Source: Candidatus Stahliibacteriota bacterium
GTDB lineage: Bacteria > Hydrothermota > UBA3073 > JACQXS01
DNA length: 64,000 bases
Assembly (NCBI GenBank): GCA_016208615.1
Contig: JACQXS010000121.1
Coordinates: 9,160-73,159, forward strand
Direction: 5' to 3'
Shown piece after piece: positions 41,004 through 50,500 of this stretch; position 1 is the stretch's first letter; the number at the start of each line of letters is the position of its first letter. The position numbers were made by a program, and so were the translations under genes. The notes beneath the pieces are model-generated. The model had not been told where the DNA came from. It made no database searches and saw only the letters and a list, made by a program, of their open reading frames with translations.

Positions 41004-41621
41004 ATGCGATATATAGTGATTACCGGTGACCTTGTTGGGTCAAGTAAATTATTGGACAGAGGGAAGGTGCAGACGCAAGTCAAAGCTACACTTCACAAGA
41101 TGAATAGATTATTTCGGCAAGATATAGTAGTAGGATTTGCATTTTCAGGTGGCGACGAATTCCAAGGGTTAGTTAAATTAGGAGATAAAGTGTTTGCTCT
41201 GCTAAAGGAATTCCAAAAACAACTATACCCGGTTAAAGCATATTTTGGTATTGGCTATGGTGAAATAAGCACTCCTATAGCCAAGACAACCGTAGAAATG
41301 GATGGCGAATGTTTTCATAATTCAAGAAAAGCAATTGAATATGCCAAGAAATTACACCAAGAAATAGTGTTCATTACTGGAAATGAAGAAAAGAATACAA
41401 TTCTTAATACTGTTTTACAGTTAATTAGTGCCATTAAATCCTCATGGAACGATATCCATTACCGGAGGATATGGAAATACGAAGAACTAAATACATTAGA
41501 GCAAGTAGCAGAAAAAGAAGCCGTAAGTCTAAGGGCAATCTCTAAAACCTTGCAAGATGCTAAATATGATGCCATTAGAAATGCAGAAGACTTTATATGC
41601 CAGGAATTAACCCTAAAATGA
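41004..41621 (+). CDS. SatD-family protein (cyclase-like palm domain plus C-terminal HTH)
   Basis: VITGDLVGS, GGDEFQG, FGIGYG, MDGECF; TLEQVAEKEAVSLRAISKTL. Confidence 0.85.
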   Translation: MRYIVITGDLVGSSKLLDRGKVQTQVKATLHKMNRLFRQDIVVGFAFSGGDEFQGLVKLGDKVFALLKEFQKQLYPVKAYFGIGYGEISTPIAKTTVEMDGECFHNSRKAIEYAKKLHQEIVFITGNEEKNTILNTVLQLISAIKSSWNDIHYRRIWKYEELNTLEQVAEKEAVSLRAISKTLQDAKYDAIRNAEDFICQELTLK

Positions 41622-41729
41622 AATTGAACCCCCAGAGGTTCAAAAATGAAATTGAACCCCCAGAGGTTCAAAAATGAAATTGAACCCCAGGAGGTTCAAA
41701 AATGAAATTGAACCCCCAGAGGTTCAAAA
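41615..41729. repeat. Tandem array, 4 x 28 bp containing TTGAACC-N6-GGTTCAA
   Basis: TTGAACC at 41624, 41652, 41680, 41708. Confidence 0.95.
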
Positions 41730-41754
41730 GTGATTTTATGCAGAGAATGAGGAA

Positions 41755-42102
41755 ATGAAAGTAATTGTGGTATTAATAGGGTACATATTTAGTTTATTTG
41801 GTGGTAGTCTAATTGTATCTATTATTTGCAGTAAGTTCAAGATACCTGATATTGATAAGATTTCTGGTCTTACCGTAAAAGGGGCAGGCAAATATATTGG
41901 TTATTTTGAGCGGTTTATTGTTTTGACATTTATGTTATTAAATCAATATACTGCGATAGGGTTAGTTTTGACGGCTAAATCTATAGCAAGGTTTGAAGCC
42001 CTAAAGGAACGGGGAGTAGCTGAATATTATCTTATAGGAACTTTGTGTAGCATATCTATTGCCATTTTAGTCGGTGTAGGATTAAGATTCGTGATATTAT
42101 GA
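41755..42102 (+). CDS. DUF3307-like small membrane protein
   Basis: AGKYIGYFER, IGLVLTAKSIARF, EYYLIGTL. Confidence 0.75.
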   Translation: MKVIVVLIGYIFSLFGGSLIVSIICSKFKIPDIDKISGLTVKGAGKYIGYFERFIVLTFMLLNQYTAIGLVLTAKSIARFEALKERGVAEYYLIGTLCSISIAILVGVGLRFVIL

Positions 42103-42347
42103 GCCAAATTATACAGGTCAAGGTAATTCCTAATGCCAAGAAAAACGAAGTCAAGGAGGTGCAACCTCATAGAGAAGGTATGGAGCTTAAAGTCTATGTT
42201 ATGGCACCTCCAAGGAATGGCAAGGCAAACAAATTACTGCTTGAAGTTTTGGCAAAGCATTTTAATGTTCCTAAATCCAGGATGAGTATTCTAAGAGGCG
42301 AAAAGGCAAGGAATAAAGTTTTGCAAATCAGAGGTACGACCTCATAG
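42099..42347 (+). CDS. DUF167/YggU family protein
   Basis: VKVIPNAKK, APPRNGKAN, GEKARNK. Confidence 0.88.
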   Translation: MSQIIQVKVIPNAKKNEVKEVQPHREGMELKVYVMAPPRNGKANKLLLEVLAKHFNVPKSRMSILRGEKARNKVLQIRGTTS

Positions 42348-42356
42348 AAGACAGAG

Positions 42357-44435
42357 ATGGAATTTAAGTTAGTTTCACAATTTAAGCCTACGGGAGACCA
42401 GCCGAAAGCTATTAAAGAGTTAGTTGCTGGTATCAGAAGGGAGGTGCGACCTCAAGGTGATAAGTTTCAGACTTTACTGGGAGTGACCGGGTCGGGTAAA
42501 ACATTTACTATTGCCAATGTGATACAAGAAATACAGAAGCCTACCCTTATTATTTCACACAACAAAACATTAGCGGCTCAACTTTATGGTGAATTTAAGG
42601 GCTTCTTTCCTCATAATGCGGTTGAGTATTTTATAAGCTATTATGACTACTATCAGCCGGAGGCATATCTTCCCGTGACTGATACTTACATTGAAAAAGA
42701 TGCCTCTATAAATGCTGAAATAGGGCGTATGCGTCTTAATGCGGCATCCGCCTTGATAGAGCGTCAAGATGTTATTATAGTAGCCAGTGTCTCTTGTATT
42801 TATGGGCTTGGGTCTCCTGAGGAATTTAAAAAATATGTTGTCAGTATTAGGGAAGGAGTTGAGCTAGCGCGAGATGATTTAATTAACAGACTTATTAATA
42901 TTCATTATGTTCGTAATGATATAGAGTTTGAGTATAGCACTTTTAGGGTCAAGGGTGATGTAGTAGAAATCTATCTCTCTAATGAGGATATAGGCATAAG
43001 AATAGAGTTTTTGGGTGATAAAGTAGATAAGATTTTCAAAATTCATCCCGTGACTATGGAAGTCATAGAAACTCTACCAAGTGTTCATATTTATCCGGCT
43101 AAGCATTTTGTTTTCTCTCAACCTACTCTTGATAAAGCAATTATAGGTATAGAGAAAGAATTAGCTGAACAGTTACAGTATTTTCGTTCTCACGGCAAAT
43201 TACTTGAGGCACAGCGCCTTGAGAGTCGTACTCACTATGATATAGAGTTAATGCGTGAAATCGGTTATTGTTCTGGGGTTGAAAACTATTCGCGATGGTT
43301 ATCGGGTCGTCAACCGGGTAGCCGACCCTCGTGTTTGATTGACTATTTTCCTAAAGACTATTTAATGGTAATAGATGAATCTCATGTTAGCATCCCTCAG
43401 TTAAATGGTATGTATAATGGTGACAGAATGCGTAAGAGCGTACTTATAGAATATGGGTTTAGATTACCTTCGGCGTTGGATAATCGGCCACTTATGTTTA
43501 ATGAGTTTTTGGCTCTTGTGAATCAAGCCATTTTTACAAGTGCAACGCCTGCGGATTTTGAAACTACTCACAGCACTCAGATAGTTGAGCAGGTAATAAG
43601 GCCAACGGGTCTTATAGACCCTAAAATTATTGTCAAACCTACTCTTGGTCAGATAGATGATTTAATCTCCTGTATAAAAGAAAGGGCTACTCAGCATGAG
43701 CGTGTACTTGTTACTACACTTACTAAACATATGGCAGAAGAGCTGGCAAACTATCTAACAAAGGAAGGTATAAAAGTACGCTGGTTACACTCGGACCTTA
43801 ATGCTATAGAAAGAGTAGATATATTAAGAGGTTTGCGGCTTGAGGATTTTGACTGCTTAGTGGGAATTAATTTATTGCGTGAAGGACTTGATTTGCCAGA
43901 GGTATCGCTTGTTGCCATTCTTGATGCTGACAGGGAAGGTTTTTTGCGTTCATTTACTTCGCTTATACAGATAACGGGAAGGACAGCCAGAAATGTTCAT
44001 TCCGAAGTTATAATGTATGCGGATAATATAACTACTTCAATGGAAAAGGCAATTAATGAAACTAATAGGCGAAGGGATTTGCAAATAGAATATAATACAT
44101 TACATAACATAATCCCAACAACCATCTACAAGACGCGGGAAGAAATTTTAAGCTCTACAATAGTAGCACACAAAACTAACAAGATTGATGAACCTAATGA
44201 GATTAACGATAAGTATTTGTCTAAAATAGATAAACTTGAGTTAATTCGTCGGCTTGATAAGGAGATGAAGTTACTTGCTCGGGGCTTAAAATTTGAGGCA
44301 GCCGCTAAAATAAGAGATAGGTTGCGGGAGCTTAAAAATGATGTTAAAGAGGATAGTGAAGTTAGCGTTGCTGGAGGATATAGGAAAGGGCGATATCACC
44401 ACAACAGCTCTTATTCCAAGTACACTAAAAGGTAA
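42357..44435 (+). CDS. uvrB: Excinuclease ABC subunit B
   Basis: PTGDQP, GVTGSGKT, DESH, GLDLPEV. Confidence 0.98.
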   Translation: MEFKLVSQFKPTGDQPKAIKELVAGIRREVRPQGDKFQTLLGVTGSGKTFTIANVIQEIQKPTLIISHNKTLAAQLYGEFKGFFPHNAVEYFISYYDYYQPEAYLPVTDTYIEKDASINAEIGRMRLNAASALIERQDVIIVASVSCIYGLGSPEEFKKYVVSIREGVELARDDLINRLINIHYVRNDIEFEYSTFRVKGDVVEIYLSNEDIGIRIEFLGDKVDKIFKIHPVTMEVIETLPSVHIYPAKHFVFSQPTLDKAIIGIEKELAEQLQYFRSHGKLLEAQRLESRTHYDIELMREIGYCSGVENYSRWLSGRQPGSRPSCLIDYFPKDYLMVIDESHVSIPQLNGMYNGDRMRKSVLIEYGFRLPSALDNRPLMFNEFLALVNQAIFTSATPADFETTHSTQIVEQVIRPTGLIDPKIIVKPTLGQIDDLISCIKERATQHERVLVTTLTKHMAEELANYLTKEGIKVRWLHSDLNAIERVDILRGLRLEDFDCLVGINLLREGLDLPEVSLVAILDADREGFLRSFTSLIQITGRTARNVHSEVIMYADNITTSMEKAINETNRRRDLQIEYNTLHNIIPTTIYKTREEILSSTIVAHKTNKIDEPNEINDKYLSKIDKLELIRRLDKEMKLLARGLKFEAAAKIRDRLRELKNDVKEDSEVSVAGGYRKGRYHHNSSYSKYTKR

Positions 44436-45204
44436 CGCTGTTATAATAGCCAAAGAAGAAGGTGTACTTGCAGGTGGTAATGTAGCATATGAGGTTTTTA
44501 GGAGTTTAGACACGGAAATTAGATTTGAACAAGTAGTTCCGGATGGAAGTAAATTTAAGTTTGGGAGTATCCTATTTAATATAGAAGGCAAAATAGCCGC
44601 AATGATTACAGGAGAGCGGACGGCATTAAACTTTTTACAACATTTATCAGGCGTAGCTACTCTGACGAGTAAATTTGTTGAAAAAGTAGCCGGGACAGGA
44701 GTAAAGATTATAGACACCCGCAAAACTATACCGGGATTGAGAGGACTTGAAAAATATGCCGTTAAGTGTGGTGGTGGCGAGAATCACAGAATGGGACTTT
44801 GGGATATGATTTTGATTAAAGATAATCACATTATGGCAGCGGGCGGGATAAAGGAAGCAATATCAAAATGCAAAATGCAAAATGCAAAATGCAAAACCGA
44901 AGTTGAAGTTAAAAGTTTGGATGAGTTAGATGAAGTAATTAAGTATCCCATAGACCGGGTTATGCTGGATAATATGAGTATCACGCAAATAAAGGAAGCA
45001 GTTAAGAAATGCAAAATGCAAAATGCAAAATGCAAAATTGAGGTCTCAGGGGGTGTGAATTTAGACAATGTAAGAGAGATAGCCGAGGCCGGAGTGGGCT
45101 ATATTTCAGTGGGTGCATTGACTCATTCTGCTCCTGCAATAGATATAAGTCTTAAAGTTAAAAACGATATTAACGATAAGGTAAAAGGAGGGTTAAAAAA
45201 ATGA
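44338..45204 (+). CDS. nadC: Quinolinate phosphoribosyltransferase
   Basis: EDIGKGDITT, DTRKTIPG, HRMGL..LIKDNH, MLDNM, SVGALTHS. Confidence 0.96.
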   Translation: MMLKRIVKLALLEDIGKGDITTTALIPSTLKGNAVIIAKEEGVLAGGNVAYEVFRSLDTEIRFEQVVPDGSKFKFGSILFNIEGKIAAMITGERTALNFLQHLSGVATLTSKFVEKVAGTGVKIIDTRKTIPGLRGLEKYAVKCGGGENHRMGLWDMILIKDNHIMAAGGIKEAISKCKMQNAKCKTEVEVKSLDELDEVIKYPIDRVMLDNMSITQIKEAVKKCKMQNAKCKIEVSGGVNLDNVREIAEAGVGYISVGALTHSAPAIDISLKVKNDINDKVKGGLKK

Positions 45205-45725
45205 TTATTTTATACATATTACTTACGCAACAAGGCATAGGACTTACTTCTGCTTACAATTATATGTTAGTTAATAGTCTTGGTCAATCAGAGGAGCAGA
45301 ATATAGCGGGTGATTTTGTTACTGTTCAGACACTTATTGCCATAGCCCATGCATCTGTAGTACCGCTCAGTTTTGCCCTTGAAAAGGGTAGTCCATATGA
45401 AATGCAGTGGGAAACTATTATTCCTGTGCTTGCCAGTGATATTGGTGGTGGCTTACTTGGTGGACATTTAGGTGGGATGATTTGTCGTGGCTGGGTAAGT
45501 AGGGATGAGTCAGATATTCGTGCATTTCTTAAATCTTTTGTGGCGGGGCTTTTTGCAGGTGTTGTATGGGGGGGGGTAACTTCGGCATCTTGGGCAATAA
45601 CGACTCGTGACTATTCGCACGAGGGAAAGAATGTAGGGTATGATGGAAGCCTATATGGTAGTGTGGCAGGATGCGTTGTCCTTAGTAGTATTACTCATGC
45701 AATAGTAGTTATATTACGCAAATGA
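45201..45725 (+). CDS. Hypothetical Gly-rich membrane protein
   Basis: 174 aa, glycine-zipper-like helices, AGGAGG RBS. Confidence 0.6.
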   Translation: MIILYILLTQQGIGLTSAYNYMLVNSLGQSEEQNIAGDFVTVQTLIAIAHASVVPLSFALEKGSPYEMQWETIIPVLASDIGGGLLGGHLGGMICRGWVSRDESDIRAFLKSFVAGLFAGVVWGGVTSASWAITTRDYSHEGKNVGYDGSLYGSVAGCVVLSSITHAIVVILRK

Positions 45726-45895
45726 GAATTCAAAAATCAGAGATTAATAGAAACTTGTTGAAACTAATGGAGATTTGTAGAAACACAGATTTTTATTTCC
45801 ACTTAATTTCTACGAATCTCTATAAATCTCTGTTTGCTTTTCGCTTTTTGAGTTTTGAACTTTGAGCTTTGACATTTGAACTTTTAATTAAAGGT

Positions 45896-46825
45896 ATGAA
45901 ATTACTTTCATTAAGAGATGTATATGGTGAGACTCTTGTAGAGTTAGGTAGGTCAAATCCGAATATAGTAGTGCTTGATGCTGACCTTGCCTTTTCTACT
46001 AAAACCCACTTATTTAAGGAATTTTTTCCTGATAGATTTTTTGATTTAGGGCTTGCAGAAGCTGATATGATGTCCACGGCGGCTGGACTTGCTTCTTGTG
46101 GGAAAATAGTATTTGCTTCTACATTTGCCATTTTTGCTACTGGTAGAGCATATGAACAGATACGCTTATCAATCAACTATTCCCAATTATCTGTTAAAAT
46201 TGTTGCCACACATGCTGGACTGGCAACAGGAGCGGATGGTTATTCCCATCAAGCACTTGAAGATATTGCCTTAATGAGAGTTTTACCTAATATGCAGGTC
46301 ATCGCTCCTTGTGATACAGAACAGGTAAGTTCTATTATTAAGACAATTGCCCAAATAGATGGTCCATTTTATGTTAGATTGCCTAAAATATCTCTGCCTA
46401 AAATTTATGAACACTTTGAATTTCAACCGGGTTGTTCCGTTGTGCTACGGGAAGGCAATGATATTACTATTGGTGCCATTGGACCTATGGTTGCAGAAGC
46501 ATTGGAGGCACACAATATATTAAAGTCAAAAGGTATAAGTGCACGAATTATTGATTTCGTATCTGTTAAGCCAATTGATGAAACAGCCATTAAAAAAGCG
46601 TGCATAGAAACTAAAGCATTCATCACTTGTGAAGACCATTCTGTTATTGGTGGTTTAGGTGATGCCGTTGCGAAAGTTATTTTAGAATATAAGCCAATAC
46701 CTCATTTTAGAGTCGGAGTACAAGATACTTTTAGCGAATCCGGTGACCATACAGACTTGTACAATAAATATGGTCTTATGGCTAATCATATCGCTAACTA
46801 TGCTATTAAACTATTAGACTCTTAA
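45896..46825 (+). CDS. Transketolase C-terminal subunit (split type)
   Basis: VVLDADL, GLAEADM, DGYSHQ, EDHSVIGGLG. Confidence 0.92.
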   Translation: MKLLSLRDVYGETLVELGRSNPNIVVLDADLAFSTKTHLFKEFFPDRFFDLGLAEADMMSTAAGLASCGKIVFASTFAIFATGRAYEQIRLSINYSQLSVKIVATHAGLATGADGYSHQALEDIALMRVLPNMQVIAPCDTEQVSSIIKTIAQIDGPFYVRLPKISLPKIYEHFEFQPGCSVVLREGNDITIGAIGPMVAEALEAHNILKSKGISARIIDFVSVKPIDETAIKKACIETKAFITCEDHSVIGGLGDAVAKVILEYKPIPHFRVGVQDTFSESGDHTDLYNKYGLMANHIANYAIKLLDS

Positions 46826-46829
46826 CTTT

Positions 46830-47501
46830 ATGATTGAATTTATAGGAGTGTACAAGTTTAATTTAAGGAATCTAAACTTCAAGATAGAGGACAGAGAATT
46901 TGTTAATCTGGTCGGTCAGGGTGGGACTGGCAAAACTACTATCCTGAAATTGGCATACGGTGAAATAACTCCTGATCGAGGGACAATAGTTATAAATCCC
47001 AAATCCCAAACTCCAAATCCAAATGCCCGCTTAAGAATAGGATATATTACTCAATCTAATACATTTCTTGAAGATAAGGATGTCTTAACTAACCTTGAGT
47101 TTCCACTTAAATTTTTAGGCAACCATAATAGACAAGAGATGCTTTCTGTCCTAAACAAATTGGGACTGGATAAATATTGTAAATCCAAAGTTCGCGACCT
47201 TCCTTGTTCTGCTCGCCAATTGCTTAAAATAGCACTCTCGGTAGTAAAGAATCCTATATTATTGCTTGTAGATGAGCCATTAGCGAATCTTGACCCTGAC
47301 CAATCTTCCACAGTATTGACTCTTCTTAAAGATATGCATTCTACCGGGACAACTATCTTGCTCGCTACATCCCTACCAGTTCAGTCTGAGACAAAAGAAC
47401 TTCACTTAATCAATGACGAGATAATGAAATCTGCCCCGCCTGCTGCGGGATTTCCAACAGGATTTTCACCAGAATATAATAGTGAGCAAGAAACAAGTTA
47501 A
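46830..47501 (+). CDS. Degenerate FtsE-like ABC ATPase
   Basis: GQGGTGKTT, VDEPLANLDP; signature and H-loop altered. Confidence 0.6.
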   Translation: MIEFIGVYKFNLRNLNFKIEDREFVNLVGQGGTGKTTILKLAYGEITPDRGTIVINPKSQTPNPNARLRIGYITQSNTFLEDKDVLTNLEFPLKFLGNHNRQEMLSVLNKLGLDKYCKSKVRDLPCSARQLLKIALSVVKNPILLLVDEPLANLDPDQSSTVLTLLKDMHSTGTTILLATSLPVQSETKELHLINDEIMKSAPPAAGFPTGFSPEYNSEQETS

Positions 47502-47547
47502 AAGTTCTCCACCAGAGGGCGGATCAGCCTCAGGCTAAAAAGGTTTA

Positions 47548-50500
47548 TTAGAAGCTAAATTCAGCAAAAAATCTTACCCCCACGCTTCTTGTATTTCCTG
47601 TTCCTGTCTGGTACCAGTTTTGAGTATAAGACATATTGGCACCACCAGTTATGGCAGTTGAGAAATTGTAACTTAATTGCGGTAATATACTAATAGACCT
47701 GGTGTCTTTTGTTGTAGTATTGCTTTTTACATTTTTAGACCAGTCAGTTGAATAACTTGTAGTAAGTGCAAAATTCAGGTCGCTTGTCCATTTTACCCGC
47801 GATAATAGGGGTATTTTTATTCCCTTAGGCGCACGGAATGTGTATCCTCCTTGTAATGAATAGTCTGCTCTTTTACTTTCAATAATTCCCGTTCCTGCAC
47901 CTACTGTTTCATTTCGTCCCGTATTAAAGATACTTGATAAATTAAGAGATATACCTCGTTTCCACTGACTTTGTACTCCTAATCCATAGTTTTGGGTTTG
48001 CGAGATACTCGTAAAAGGTTGCGCTTTTTGGCCCGATTTATTCCAATTTGTTGTGTAGTCAACTGAAGTGGTTATAGAGTTGAACCATTTGTTTAATGTA
48101 ATAAATCTCTCTAACCCTGATATTGACAAATCCATCTGTGGATATTTAGTACTCACAGATTGTGTTATACTATTCATTCTTTCTGCTTCACCAATAGTTT
48201 TACTCCATCCTCCTGTAAGTGTAAGCAATCCGGCTGAAAATCCTACCCGCGATATTCCATAATTCCAACTAATTTGTGCTCCATTGCGTCCATCTTCTAT
48301 CCAGTTTTCGGGCTCATCCGCAATCCCCCATCTATATTTGTAATCAGGTGGGTCAGATAAAGAATAAAATTGCGATGCCTTTGCTATAGAATATGACAAT
48401 GAAGGTATATGGAGTTTACGAGATAGCTTTTCTGTTTGCATTAAAATCCATTGTGGTGTTCCTTTTTTGGCGGTAGAGTCTTTATTTTCATCTCTTAAGC
48501 GAGTTATAATGCCTAATGATTTATTCAAATTAACAGGTATATCAAAAGCCAAGCTATTAGTGTTAGATACATTTCTAAGTAATCCGAGTTCTGCTGTATG
48601 CGTTTCTTGACAGGTAGTAGCATAGTTGACTTTGGGCGATAAGAAGCCAAAAACAGATGGCGAAAAGCTAACTCCTACCCTCTCACCTCTACCTGTCTCG
48701 GTATCGTGTTTATTAGTTGTTGTATCATATCTTGAAGTATCGGCTTCAAGATTTAAATCATTAGTCATTGACATAGAGTATGTAAGAGAGAGCGGATTTA
48801 TTGGAATATATGAAAACCCTCCTCCCTTAGCTATGTTGCGTTCCGGGGGTGCAGGATTAGTAAGCGTATATACGGAGTCAACTGTATTATTCACCGTATC
48901 TTTAACTTCTGTTAATCTGTATCCTCTTGCCCTTGAGTAAGAGTAGCTCGTATTGGCATCTATTCTTTGCGGATAATACCTAATTTCCATACCCCTAATT
49001 TTAATTGCCGGTAACTTGGGCGCATACCCATACCCCATAGAACCCGAGTAGCTTTGCGCTGTATCAATAGTAGTAAATGCATTAGAGAAGGCATCTCTAT
49101 AACTAACCCGCGTACTAAGATTATCTAATGTTAGCCGTAGTAATCTATTTTTACTTCCTGACTTTGCCAAACTAATACCAGCTGTTCTTGTAAGAGAGTT
49201 TGAAGTTTGGTGTTTGGTTTGTTCTTCTGTCAGTATAATATCAGACCCGGTTTGATATTTGGGCAAACTTGTAGTTCTCGTAATTCCCAAATCTAATGGT
49301 ATAGCAATGCCCCACTGCGATGGGAATAATTTAGATACCTGTATGCCACTATGTAGATTGAGTGAGCGATTAGAATTTGTAGCATAAGCTTCTCTCATAG
49401 TCGTAAAAGTAGATAGATTTTGAAAATATGGGTCGCTTGTCCTATAAGAAAGACTAATATCCGCAAAATCAGCCATTTTCGTAGATATACTTACATTAGC
49501 CGCTACACCACTTTCTCGTCTTGGGTCAGTTAATCTTAATTCATCTATCCATATTTCGCCGGATATTTTTTCTGTCCCTTCATTAATCACGCCAAGTTTT
49601 ACTCTTCCTATATTCGTAAAAGAAGGATTACCTCGTATCCTGTAATTCCCATAAACAAAAATTGCAGTATCCGTAGTTGACTTTTTAAGCTTTAATTGTG
49701 CGAGGTCTTCAAGGTTTATTTCGATTTCGTGCCACGCCTCGTCTTGGAAATCTGTTCTATACTCATAATAATTTGAATTATCCCCTCCTACTCTAATAAA
49801 AACTTTTGCTTCCCCTTTTTCTCTAACCCAAAACTTTAATGTCTGGTATTGAATAAAGTTTCGCGCTCTTGTGTAGAGAGTATAGCAGCCCCCTTCATTT
49901 AGACTATCAACAGTATCCAATTCAGTATAGGTTAAAACTAACGACTGTTCTTTTTCTTTTCTCCCCAATTGGTCGGTTTTAATAACAACCGAAGGCGGTG
50001 TAAAATAATCTAAATCTTCCTCATTATTTTTGACTCTTATTTTAACTTGTTCACTGCCTTCGTGTCTCCATGATTTAGTACCTACAATATCCATAGCCGC
50101 AATCTCAATAGAATCACCTTTAGAAATACTATCTACCCAAATTCTTGCATATTTAATACATTCCCATTGTGGCAATCCTACTTTATTAGAATCACCCTTA
50201 ATAAGCGGGATTCTAAAAAACTTCCACCCATTACTATGCTCTATAGTTGGGGTATCGTTTTCCATATCAACAGTAAAAGCGAAATAGTTAGAAGTCTGGT
50301 TGAGCAGCTGATTACGGTCAAGGTCTTCGCCATCCAATTGACTGTTCCCTTCGGTGCCATTAATTTTAGAATAATCATTGGGATTGCTGGCATTATAGTA
50401 ATAGTCATCATTTCCGTCATCTCCTGTCACCAAAGTACCATCTGTTCCATCAATTCCATCTATTCCATTATCTTCTCCTATATCTAATATATTATTACCA

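Noticed and set aside
44338..44435. 98-nt uvrB/nadC overlap as a functional dual-coding region
   Set aside because: The UvrB tail lies after the last recognisable domain; stop-codon loss is simpler.
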